This document shows positions 13,378-24,768 of a stretch of DNA of 64,000 bases, piece after piece. Position numbers and translations under genes: made by a program. Every line of letters starts with the position of its first letter. Position 1 is the first letter of the stretch. Under the pieces are notes generated by a model that saw nothing but the letters and a program-made list of their open reading frames with translations, did no database searches and was not told the origin of the DNA. Source of the stretch: Takakia lepidozioides. Taxonomy: Eukaryota > Plantae > Bryophyta. The DNA is taken from assembly GCA_030704615.1 (NCBI GenBank), contig CM060731.1, positions 48,112,001-48,176,000 of the forward strand. Reading direction: 5' to 3'.

Positions 13378-13512
13378 CTGTGACAGGCTGTGTCAAGCTG
13401 TGCCGAGCTGTGACTGGCTGTGTAAAGCTGTGTCGGGCTGTGACTGGCTGTGCGAAGCTGTGTCGGGCTGTGTCAGACTGTGTCTGGCTGTGATAGACTG
13501 TGACAAGCTGTC
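13378..13512. repeat. 10-bp minisatellite (GGCTGTGACA-like)
   Basis: Read directly; about 13 degenerate units. Confidence 0.85.
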
Positions 13513-16039
13513 TACCCCCCCTAAAGTCTGCGCCTGCCACCCCTAAGGCTCATGTTGGTCTCAGTCTACCATTCATAAGTCTGCGCAAAAATTAAGGGTA
13601 CCCCACAGAACCCGTAAAAGCGTCTAAGTCCCAAGTAGCCCTCTAAACATTACCCCTCTCCCTCTCAAAAAGCCATGTCCTCACGGTTTACTGTTTGGGA
13701 TCAGCAAACCTTTGTGAGCGAGCACCCTTCTGTCGGTGAGCGTCTCGTGAAGGACTCCGTGTGCGAGCCCGAGTCCTGTCACTGGCTGATGGAGGCGATT
13801 GAGCACTACCTGGAAATGTCTGACCCTCCTTTGGCTGATAACGAGGTAACCTCTCAGGCATAGGAGATCCCCGTCGTTTCTTCTCTGCCATCTGAAGTGC
13901 ATAGTCCTCTGCCATGTCAAAAGAGTCCTCTGACGAACCAGTAGTATCAGAATCCTCGTCCCCCCTTAGGTGTTTTAACGGCCAAACTTTAAGTGGCTTC
14001 TCGGGAATCCTGCGTGGCATACAATGTGGGCCCACCATGTCTGGAAGTTTAAACTGTACGACTTGCTGTAAGCGTTTGCAAACAAAATTAGTGAACGCCT
14101 TGAACTCCTTAGCCGTATAAGTGAGAGGTGTGCCAATGACTTTGGAATAGTATAATTATTTCCAGGCTTCATGTCCCTTAAAGAAAATATCATCAGGGCT
14201 GAATTTATCTGTTGCCAAATTGTTCCAAGCCGAATTAAACCATGAACGAAGTTGGGAATCCTTCTGCATCATAACTTTTGCACCCGAAGAACCCGAGCCG
14301 GAGGTCAATGATGTACTTGCACCTCCAAAGGCCGAGGAAAAGGAGCAGCTTGTAGAGGTTGCCGCGGAGGAGGAAGCAGTGCCTGCCACCCCCGATATTG
14401 TTAAACCGGTTGAGGATCAGGATGCCATACAGGTACATATGAGGTGGCACTGAAGGTAAGACCCAATGATCCCCACTGGAATAACGCAGAAATCGAGATT
14501 GCATCTTCTGCTGCTCAATGTGATAACGTGCCATAAAACAAGCAGCATAGTATAATCCACAACCCATGACAATACTAGATACCTCCTTGGTCTTGGTATA
14601 GATGTACCCATGTACAACCTGGAAGGCATTTAATTCCTTCAGCATGGTACCTGCCTCAGTCTAGAACCTTGCAAAGTGATGATCCTCAATGGGTCGATTG
14701 TTCGGAAGAACCTTAGTCCGAGTTTCCACTGGCAACCAAATGCGCATGATCTGGTAGTAATGTGCCAACGACTGCGGAGGACTAAATTCCTTCCATGCCA
14801 AATTTAGCACAATGAGAATTTGGTTGAAGGGCATAATCATAGCTCGACTGTACTCCCGTGCAGCATGAGTCCTAGGTGGGTTAAAAGCAGCATCCCCCCA
14901 TACCTCAGGTTGTGGTTTTGCTGTAGTAGCAACAGGGTCAGCTACCTGCACAGGCACCTACTGTGGTATTGGTACCACTGGCCCTTCTACCACTGGCATC
15001 TCCTGTACCCCCTGCGAGGAAGACTGAAAAATTAGAGTCCTGGCATGTAAATAAGTAGCCATCAGCTGCTCCTTAGGAACAAAGACTCTCTTGTCAATAT
15101 TTGGTTGGCCCAAGTGTCAATCCAGGGGTCAAGGCAGATTTAGGCCCTGGAGTGGTTATCTTCACGGCGAGCACGAGAGGCTTATCTTTCTCGAGTTGAG
15201 CCTCACCGCGCCTAGCTATGGCGCCGTAGTGTGGATTCCCCATGGTGTGGGGTGCACTTGGCTTGACTTGTATTTGAAGTTTATATATGCATGAGTTTAT
15301 GCTTCGCCTTTGTGAGCTCGCATGAGCTTGTGCTTGCATTCTTCTTCTTTATCACTCGAGAAAGATGAGCTCGTATTTGTGAGTGCCAGAAACGAGTTAG
15401 TTGTAGCACTTGTGGTTTTTGCCTTAGAATGAGAGAAACCAGGTTGTTATGCAAGGAGCACCGTGGAGCTCTTGGTTGTTAGGAGCGGAGGCAATGTGGG
15501 TTACGAGGTGGTAGACCTTGGCATTCAATTTTCAGCTTCAGAGATGAAAGCACCATGCTGCAGGTAATTCCAGAGCACCTTGATGGTTTCAGATTGTATA
15601 CATGAGCAAGCACGATTGGGAAGAGGATCAGTCAAGAGCAGGCTATGGTGGCTTTGGTGGCAAAGCTGAGAACTGGCCTTGGGAATGCGAGCTTTCATTG
15701 TGTGAAGGATTACAAGACCAAGCGAAAGGACTGATTTGGCTTGGAGCAAATCAATGTACTTTGTGGAGTATGTTGAGATTGGGTTTCAATCTCGAGCTTC
15801 AGCATTGAGAGGGTTCTTGCCATGGCAAGAGCAGGGCTGGAACAGGAGCTAAGAGGTGCGGCAAGGCCATGGAATGTGCACCTAGGATTTTAGAGCTTGG
15901 AACAAGAGTTCTTGCGCCACAAGAGGAGTGTCTTGTGGCTGGAAATGTAAGCCTTAGGGTTTCAGGAGCTTGCCAAAGGCTGTGGAGTGCTTAGTCTTGT
16001 CTTAGAGCACATCAAGGAGCCAAGGAGCCAAGATAGGGG

Positions 16040-16395
16040 GCTGATATTACCTCTTGTGTGAAGAGGATGCATGTGTGGAGCATGCATTCAGCCCATTGAA
16101 GCTTCCATCTTCAAGCTTGGAGGGCAAGCAAGGAAGAGGGAATGGCTGACTTTCCTTATGTGAGGGCAATGCAAGTGTGAAGCATGCTTTCAGCCTATTG
16201 AAGGCTTGTACTTTCAGGTTTGGGAGTGCAAGAAAGAAAGCAAAGGGGCTGATTCTCTTGTGGTGAGAGTAGGACATGTGTGGAGCATGCCTCAGTCCAC
16301 TGAGGCTTTTGTTTTCAAGCTTTAGAAAGCTAGAAGGGAAGCTGAGGGGCTGATCTGTTCTTATGTGACAATCCGGCACTTGTAGAGCATGTTTT
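16040..16395. repeat. ~102-bp degenerate tandem repeat (~3.4 units)
   Basis: Recurring GGCTGA..TGTG..GAGCATG..TTCAGCC..TGAAG..TTCAAGCTT. Confidence 0.7.
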
Positions 16396-16644
16396 GAGTT
16401 GGGGTTTCAACTTCAAGCCTAGAAAGAGCACAACTCTTAAAGCAGTATGTGCAGGGGCTGGATTAGGTGCGAAGGGGCGTGCTAGGGTCAAGAAAAGTGC
16501 GTGAATGAGTGCCTCCAAGGGCTGGAAGTCAGCCATGTTTGGCTAGTCGCCATAGAGATCAATGGCGCTGTTTTGGGAGTTAAAAAGAAGCTTATGCACT
16601 TAATTTTGGTTGCAAGCATCTTCTTTTGGAATTAGAGCTACTAT

Positions 16645-17165
16645 TTGTGGCCTGTGGGCTGTGACAGGTTGTGGCCTGTGGGGCTGTGATATGTGGCATT
16701 TGGAGTTGTGACGGGCTGTGATAGGCTGTGACCTGCGGCCTGTGGGGCTGTGACGGACTGTGATACGCTGTGACGGGCTGTGACATGTGGCCTGTGGAGC
16801 TGTGATGGACTGTGACAGGCTGTGTAGGGCTGTGACGGACTGTGATAGGCTGTGACAGGCTGTGACCTGTGGCCTGTGGGGCTGTGACAAACCGTGACAG
16901 GCTGTGACAGGCTGTGACCTGTGGCCTGTGGGGTTGTGTCAGACCGTGACAGGCTGTGATGGGCTGTGATGGGCTGTGACATGTGGCCTACGGGGCTATG
17001 ACAGGCTGTGGCATGTAGGACTGTGACCCTGTGATAGGCTGTGACTTGTGGTCTGTGGGGCTGTGACACGCTGTGACGGGCTGTAACATGTGGCCTACGG
17101 GGCTGTGACAGGCTGTGACCTGTGGCCTGTGGGGCTGTGATGGGCTGTGACAGCTGTGACCCGTG
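16645..17165. repeat. 10-bp minisatellite array (GGCTGTGACA / GGCCTGTG units)
   Basis: Read directly; about 520 bp. Confidence 0.9.
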
Positions 17166-17989
17166 ATCGGTTTGGGCCTGTGCTGGTTTGTGGTGGCCTG
17201 TGTTGACCTGTGGACGGTCTGTGCTGACCCATGGAGGCACTGGTGGACTTCCTGAGGACTAGCATATGGTCTTGAAGGCCAAATTTCGAAGCTTGTGGAG
17301 GGCGGTTAATTGAGGAGTATCTTCATGATATTCCCATGGTCATGCAAGTGAAGGAAGAGAAGAGATGAAGAGTATTGGGGTGAGGGCATGCTAGGGTTAG
17401 GCATTGCTTTAGCTTCTCTTCCTCATAGTTTTCCACCCTCTCATTAGGCCAATACTCTTTCCGTAGGTGGAGGCAAGAGTCAATCCGGGTTTGGGCTGGG
17501 GTGTCATTGCAGGAGCGACACCGTGGAGTAGTCTTTGGTGTGGGGGAGTTGTCGTTCTGATTTCTAGTGTTTGGATCCCCTCCACACCTGCATGCTTGAC
17601 AGTGCGCCATGTTAGTTTTGTGTGGGCGCTTGTTTTTATAGGTGATTGGTCCGGATTTGATCACCGGCCAGTCCTAGAGCATGCTATCGATGGTGAGGCT
17701 AGGGTGATGACTAGTCAGACCATCATTGCTTCTCCTGTGGTGAAGTTGGAGGTGATGACCAGCCAACCATAGGAGTGCTTGCAGTGGATGCACGTGCAGG
17801 TGCAGGCTATGTTAGGAACCTAGTATTTCAAACCATAAGCCGCATCAGGTTCTCTACCCGGTTACCTTGTGGAGAGGGGGTTAGGGATATGTTCATGACC
17901 GATTGAGTGTCATTTGGTCAACACGGAGGTACCATTAGTTATTGGGGACAGTGCCGGTTTGAGCACTAGCGATACTAGTGGGTACACGA

Positions 17990-19330
17990 GACGAGGTGAG
18001 CAGTTTAGGCCACCTTCACCTCCTGTGTCTTCTACGGAAGGTTCTGATTCGGATTGTGAATCAGGAGACTCACACCGGCGGTGCAAGTTGTTTCCTTGCC
18101 ATTGTTGTGGGACACAATGGAGGAGATGTATGGAGCTACTAAGGGGCCACGAAGGTACTTTGGGGCGGTGGGCACCATCGAGTTGGAAAATTTCATTCAA
18201 GAGTTTGATAGTTGGTGTGACTTGCAGCAAATGTGCAATCCACAACTTTTTACGCCTTTCATGGCATGGAAGGGGCTGTTTCAGCACCTTGAGGGGCCAC
18301 CCATGAATGATTACCATGAGTTCAGGCGGAGGCATGAGGTTGAGATCGAGGAGTGGAGGATGTACTGGTCACTCGACTATGTCTCCATCACTAGGGGCAC
18401 TAGAGCCACGAGGACAATGGCTACACCTGCAGCTGCACCGACAGCTTCAACAAGCAGCAGTGGGACTAGTGAGACTAGTGGTACCGTAGCTACGACGTCC
18501 ACCCAAGCCACTCCACACCAAACATCAATACCCGTGCCTACCTTCAACCCTGTTGTGGAGTTCTTCGAAGAGTTGAGAGGGAACTAGGACAGAGAAGTTG
18601 CGGAGTTTGCAAGAGTTCCAACAGAAGCCTACTGAGAGCTTGAGGGAGGCTTTCACTCGCATGAGGTGCTTGATAAGTGTAACCCAAGGGGTTACGGAAG
18701 CTCAGGCAATCCAATTCTGGTATGGGATATTGGACAAGGAGCTGAGGAGAAGGGTGCGGGATGCAACTCTCCTATAAGCGACCCAACCCACTTTAGCAAA
18801 TGTGTTTTTGCTGGCAGAGCGGATAGAGCTCAACATGGTGGAGGAACGAGTGGTCATGGTGGGATTTGCTAAGGAGACACCACGGGGTAGTGGTGCTCCT
18901 AGCCAACCACTACCTCAACGTGCTCAAGGCAACACGGGGGCTCAAGTGAAGCCCAGGGAAGGATAGAGAGGACCTTAGATGCAGGGGTCTCTCCCTTCAT
19001 TTGTAGGCGGCCAACAACGGGCGGAGGTGGTGTGTTGGACATGTGGAGGACCCCATGTCAAGAAAGAATGCCCAGAGAACGGCAAAGGGTTGGCTCACGT
19101 ACAGCCTGCACAGTTGCAGTGTGGGCATTGTGGCAAGTTTGGGCACGGAAAGGCCCAGTGTTATGACTTGCATCCTGAGTTGTGGCCTGGCCAATTCCAA
19201 CGGAACAATGGTGGGCGGGGGCGAGGTGGAGTAGCTCAGAGAGGGTGAGGTAATCAGGCACGAAGTGCAGGCCAAGGGCAAGCTCAATATGGCCAGGGAC
19301 GAGGAGGTCAGGATGTTGACCACGACATGG
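17990..19330 (+). pseudogene. Ty3/gypsy gag with two zinc knuckles
   Basis: ELENFIQEFDSWC..; LQEFQQKPTESLREAFTRM; CWTCGGPHVKKEC and CGHCGKFGHGKAQC. Contains stops and frameshifts. Confidence 0.8.
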
Positions 19331-20089
19331 CTAACCGGCTTCAGCAGCTAGAGTAGAGGCTTGCTGCCATGGCCACAGCTCAGGTGGTACTAGCTCCAAG
19401 GCCTGAGGATCCACCTGCTGCTCCTGAGGGAGGAGATATGGGACGCATGGGATTCATGTGCGGAGCAGCACTACCACTAGTGCAGGTGGAGTCTGCTGCA
19501 GCCGTGACTCGAGGAGCAGCACGAGTTCCTTAGCCACGAGGTGCGGAGGTAGAGTTGGATCCACAGCGTGGGAAGGCAAGCCGTCAGGCTAGGCTGCCTC
19601 TATCATTCACATTGGCGAAGACAGTGTCGACGCCATCCATGGTACCTAGTTCTCGCCCGACTGCTACTGAGGCAGAGGTTACTGTGCCGTTGGGGAGAGC
19701 CACACAGGCAGCACCACTACCTGCTGCCAAGGCCATGACAGCTAGTGTGCTGTTGGGGGCGGCCACATCTGTGTGTCAGGCTCCATTGTTCTCGGCTACC
19801 ATGATTGCGACGCTAGGGGTGCGACCAGCTGCAGTGTTTAGACTGGCAGCTACACTCTGTGAGAATGGAGAGGTTACTTCATCTTCTGCGGAGATAGTGG
19901 GAGGTGTAGTGCCGAAGGGATCCTCGGATTTGAGGGTCAAGACTGCCACGGCGGTGCTATGGCAAGCTGCAGCTGCCAGGTTGGCGGAGCTGCCAGCTAG
20001 GCCAGCCATTGAGCGTGCCATGGTGACACCTGGGGTTGTCATATTAGACAACTAGGATGACATTTTCTATTTGAGTGGATCGGCAGACA

Positions 20090-20430
20090 AGAGATACCGG
20101 CCATTGCGAGTCTTGTGTCGAGAGCTCAGCCGTTGATGCTATGCAGAGCTGCTACTGCAGGCTTGCACGGAGGCGGATATGGAGCCTTGTCCTTTCCAGA
20201 TGCAGACATCTCTGGGAGGATTAGAGCAGGCTCGGGGCATGACACGGCGTGAGTTGGCTATCAAACTATAGCCGGATCACCCTATAGATGGCTCAGTGAT
20301 GCGAGCCAAGGCCATTGTGACAGACGCGGTCTCGTATGATGTCTTGGTTGGTGGGCCAGTGTTGTACCCTATGGGCTTCACCCTGGATTTTTGGGAGGAG
20401 TCAGCTTCCTATAGGCCTGGATGGCAGTCA
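20090..20430 (+). pseudogene. Gypsy aspartic protease remnant
   Basis: LRVL..AQPLML, with the expected DSG triad disrupted by an indel, followed by QTSLGG and SYDVLVG. Confidence 0.7.
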
Positions 20431-20799
20431 GGGGAGGGCCGGCATGTGCAGCTCCCTGTGACGTTCATAGGAAGAGTTGCGGTTGCCCAGCGGGGCAAGA
20501 CGTCGACACTAGCAGCATTCACAGTTGCAGTGAGTTGGCCTGGAGAGTTGTTGGAGGGCAATGCCCATGGAGATGATGTGCCACCTCCAGCAGAGCATGA
20601 TGACATGCATGGCATGGCATAGTTGCCTGCCATGATTGCTCACACCCCACTATGGGGCACAAGCAAGGATTTGTAGTGGGATGCTGATTGACGGGTACAA
20701 CAAGCCTGGGAAGAGGCTTTTGTACTATCAGGAGAGGAGGAGAGTACGGGGATTGCACCAGGACCACCTCAATTGTCTCCATTGGACACCATACCTATT

Positions 20800-21720
20800 G
20801 TATGGCGGGATCAACACCGGATTGGCTGCTGTGCTACAGACAGAAATATGAGTTCGGCATTACTTGTATGTGGAGAGGGATGAGACTGCATGACGCGTCT
20901 CACTTTGCCATGTTGCTCAGTTAGTGCAATAGTATCATGAGTTGTTGCCGGTGTCTGCGGTTCATGGATATCAGTAGGCCTTGCCAATAGACATTTATTT
21001 GCTGGGGGCGCAGGATTTGGAGCGGGTTGGCTCCATTGATTTGGTAGTGGTAGGTTGGCCCTGCCAAGGGCATTCATCAGTAGGGCATGACAATGGATTG
21101 CGAGACTTGAGGTCGGGTCTGGTTTGGGAGATAGTGCGGGTTTTTGCGCCACTTTAATCTTCATCAAGCTGTATCTCCAGCATACATCTTGGAGAATGTG
21201 CCACTGTTGGGCGATTCTCGGGCCAGGGTGATGGCCAGTGTGCATCAAGTCCGGTCGTGGCTTGGGTCAACAGTGTTGCTGGATGTAGCTGCAGTAGGGT
21301 CACGGGCTCATCGCCCATGGCTATGGTGGACGAACTTGATGCCACCTGCATTGCTCAAGCGTGCATATGATGGGGTGCAACGGCCAGCACACCTGACAGT
21401 GGACAACATCTTGGACATGGGGAGGCAGTCTTAGCGTGTGAGACATGATGACCGTTCGCCTTTGGCAGTGGTCAACAAGGTGGGTCAACCACGAGCAGCC
21501 CTACCTACACTGCTCAGTTCCCCAGGATTGCATGCTTTCCGGGATGGTGGACCTGGCCTCCTGTGGGATGCCCAGGTGCAGCAGTTAGTGGAGCCCAATG
21601 CTGACGAGCGTGAGCGGGCAATGGGTTTTACCACTGGTACCACGGTGGTGCCATCTCTTTCTGAGGCATCACGTCGTCAGGTGTTGGGGCAAGCAATGGA
21701 TCTCACTTGCTTGACCTGGA
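20800..21720 (+). pseudogene. C5 DNA-cytosine methyltransferase domain (DNMT3-like) inside the gypsy polyprotein
   Basis: Ordered motifs: GGINTGL (I remnant), YLYVERD (II), IDLVVVGWPCQG (IV, Cys codon 21062-21064), ILENV (VI, Glu at 21192), SRAHRPWLWWTNL (VIII), ERERAMGF (IX), RRQVLGQAM (X). Five stops, and a frameshift near 21144. Confidence 0.88.
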
Positions 21721-22149
21721 TCATTAGCCTAAGTATGGCTGAGCAGCGTAGGTTGAGGACAATTTTTCCCACTACATGTCCCTTGACAAGCTCCCTGCCT
21801 ACCGAGATGGTACAGGCAGTGAGTGGGGGCAAGCCGGTGAGGACCACGGGGTGCAGACATCCATGGCACATGTGGGAGGTGCTCGAGGTTCAGAGGGAGT
21901 TGGCAGCCAAGGCGGCTGTGATGGATGAGGTTGGGGATTTTTCTCGGGTTGAGGAAGTCCTCGAGGATGAGATGATGGAGCAGGATGAGGCCTCATTGAC
22001 TGAGCATGCAAGGAGTACTGCTCAAGAGGTTGCAACATAGCAACCATTGGACGCGTCCTCTACCTCTAAGCCCACTAGACTTAAGGTTGCAGTTACGGAG
22101 GACAATTGGGAGCCTGACATTGGACCCATTGTCATCGGAGGAGAGAGAC

Positions 22150-22421
22150 GACGTATACGGCGGTTCTAGAGGGCTTACAAGAATTGCTTTGCCTTCAATT
22201 TGAAGGACTTGGGAGCACTGAAGGGTCAAGAGATTTGTATTGAATTGGCCACTGACACGCTAATCTTTCGGAGACCCTATAGATACAATGACATGGAGAG
22301 GTCTTTGATTCAGATGAGGACTCAAGATCTCAAGGAGGCTGGTTTGGTTGAGCTCTCTGGTGGAGAGTATGCTTCAGCCACAATGATGCCAACCAAAAAT
22401 GATGTCTATGGCAATTGGACG
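22150..22421 (+). pseudogene. Gypsy reverse transcriptase N-terminus, truncated
   Basis: FAFNLKDLG..IFRRPYRY..E..LI......LKEAGLVELS..EYASATMMPTKNDVYGNWT, broken off just before the expected R.C.DYR motif. Confidence 0.85.
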
Positions 22422-22429
22422 GCTCTTAA

Positions 22430-23938
22430 ACCTAGCAAGGATGCTTGTATGCTTCACTTCTCCTTAGCTGTGCTCGAGGTGGCTTGCTGGTGGCGATGGC
22501 GCACAATTATCTTTCCCAATTGCTCAAGGTGCTTTTAGTGATTAGGGTTCCTTTTACTTTATGTCTTTTTCTCTTGCTTTTGAGGTTCTAAGTTGACATC
22601 GATGACAAGTGTAGGGGTCTGTGATTCACCTGGGGTTCCACAATCCTCACTAACCTGTTGGGTTTTGTGGGGGTTTGTGATGGGACCAGGTGAGGATCCC
22701 TATTTTCTTTGAATTCTCTTGAGCTTGCATATAAGGATGTGGGCGAAGGGAACCTAGTGTGTATGGCGTCTTTACTTGGCTGCTGCTTGCAGCCCCGATT
22801 TCGGCCCGCTTGCTCCTGGTTTGACATGTTGATGCTTACTTTTGACTTATGTTTTGCTGCCTTTGATGGAGCACTTCGGCCTGACAGGCTTGTCTCTTGA
22901 AGCCCAACATCTGGACTTTACCTTGTCTTGAATCTTTGACAACATTGCCTGTGGATTATTAAGCTAGGTAATGTTTAGGCCTTAAAGAGGAGCTATGGTT
23001 TATGGGTAAGGTATCAATGGCTGTTAGGAAGAGAAGGCCCTGTTTTTAAAGATTGCAGCCTGATAATGCAATGACAGGCCTCTTTCAGGCCTGGATTTGA
23101 TGTGGAATGGAGCATAGTGAGGTTTTATTTGCAAAACCTGGCATAAACCTCCAGGAAAACAGTGTTGGTAAGCTCTACTGGACCTTTGCCAGAGATTATT
23201 TGCCTTATTTTGCCATCAGACCAGACACCTGCAATGTATGATTTATTTTTTGGCCAAGTGGGCTTGGTCTCGGGCACTCAAAGTGTTTGTGTGTCCATAT
23301 CTTGAATCTGTAATATGGCAGGCCTTTCTTCCATGCCAAAATGCCTTACATGATGCATATCTTGGGGCAATTATACATGGTATAGAATGAAGTTGCAGTC
23401 TGTCTTGTCATGCCCAAGAGGGTCACTTGGTTGCATGTTTGGAATCTAATAAACTACGGGCTGGTCCATCAAGATGCTTGTGCATGCATATCTTGAATCT
23501 GTAGTATGGCAGGTTGTTCTTCCCTACCCAAGGGGCCTTGCATGATGCATGTCTTGGGGTATTTACAAATGGCAAAGAGTGATGCTGCTATATGTTTTGT
23601 CATGCCCAAGAAGCTTACTTGGTTGCGTGCTTGAAATCTGATTAATTGCAGGCTGGTCCTTCAAGGTACTTATATGAACATATCCTGAATCTGTAGTAGG
23701 ATAGGCTGTTATTACCTACCCAAGGAGCCTTGCATGATGCATGTCTTGGGTTACTTACAGGAATTTGAACATGAATAAACCCCGCCCTCCCACCCTGTTT
23801 TATCATGAATGATTGGGTGAAATCAATTGGGAAGTCATGACTAGAATGGAAGTGTTAGATGGTGCCCTGTTTATAGGCTGTTTATGTCTTTAATTAACAA
23901 TGACCCTAGTAGGGTCTTGTCCATGTCTTGACATGACA
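22430..23938 (-). repeat. Family R copy 2 (partial, inverted)
   Basis: Reverse complement of 2449-3970; contains ~190-bp internal tandem units at ~23290-23760. Confidence 0.75.
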
Positions 23939-23975
23939 CGAATATCTTCCCTCTCTCTTTTTAACTTTTTCTGCA

Positions 23976-24691
23976 GAGGGGTCAATTCTGAGGTTAAGAA
24001 AACCATGCTTTGTCGCATTATTAGACCTGCCTTGGAGTACGGCTCTGCAATATGGGTTGATAAATCTGACTTAGAGGCTGTAGTGTCCAAAGCCATGTCT
24101 GTTGCCATGAGATTGTCTGATGAAAATGAAGTTAGGCAGAAAACTTCCCTGAACTTGTTTCCAGTCTGTGACATGGGGGAGGACATCTTGGATGACCTCA
24201 AGGGTCTACCCACTCTCGGCACTAGACTGAATTTTAAACTCAGGGCAGGAAGCCTACCTTTGAGCAACAAACAGAAGCAGAGAGGAAAGGGAGAGTGCAA
24301 TTGCCCGTTGTGTGGGCAATCTGAAGACAGTATTGATTTCCTGATACACTGTCCGGGGTTCTCTCACCAAAGAGACGCTCTCTTCAAATCTATCAAGGGA
24401 ATTGTGCCTGTACCTCTGTTTACCAACTTTGAAAGTCTCGAGGCTGAGCCTAAAGCGTAGGCCCTCTTGAGGCCTAGTTATTGGGCAAATCACACACAAC
24501 AGATTGATGCTTGTGTGAAGGGATTTCTAGAGGATATCTAGAAAACCTGGATTAATTCTATATATAAAGGTAAGTCTTACTACCAAGGTCAGCCCCTGAT
24601 AGAGGCAGGTTTTGTCCCTTCTGTTTCCGCTCAAACTGGGCGCGGGGTCAATGGCCACAAAGCTACGGCAAACAACGTCTTATGAGTACAA
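23976..24691 (+). mobile_element. LINE family A 3' fragment; same truncation, deletion and TSD as 1694-2407
   Basis: TSD TCTTTT(T)AACTTTTTCTGCA at 23956-23975 and 24692-24710; shared GTTGATAA|ATCTGAC deletion junction. Confidence 0.9.
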
Positions 24692-24768
24692 TCTTTTAAC
24701 TTTTTCTGCACCCTCTCTCCCTTGTGGTTTGTTTTATTTTTGTGAGCAGCAAAAAAGAGAGGGAAGAC

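Larger units (their letters stand above)
15100..17923 (+). mobile_element. Putative long 5' LTR/leader of the gypsy element
   Basis: Non-coding; ends ..TGGTCAACA just before gag, with a weak inverted match near 15103. No 3' LTR in the window to confirm; left boundary uncertain. Confidence 0.35.

Noticed and set aside
13378-17165. Decamer and ~102-bp arrays as CRISPR, or as coding repeats (ORFs 16600-17240)
   Set aside because: Head-to-tail degenerate minisatellites with no unique spacers or cas genes, in a eukaryotic context; the ORFs are by-products of the repeat.
17201-17923. 723-bp LTR defined by TGTTGACC...GGTCAACA
   Set aside because: The left 8-mer sits at the edge of the TGTGACC-type minisatellite and may be chance; there is no second LTR or clear PBS to confirm it.
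20800-21720. DNMT as a host gene or a bacterial restriction-modification contaminant
   Set aside because: Intronless, same strand and collinear between the gypsy protease and RT, decayed like its neighbours, with no bacterial gene context.
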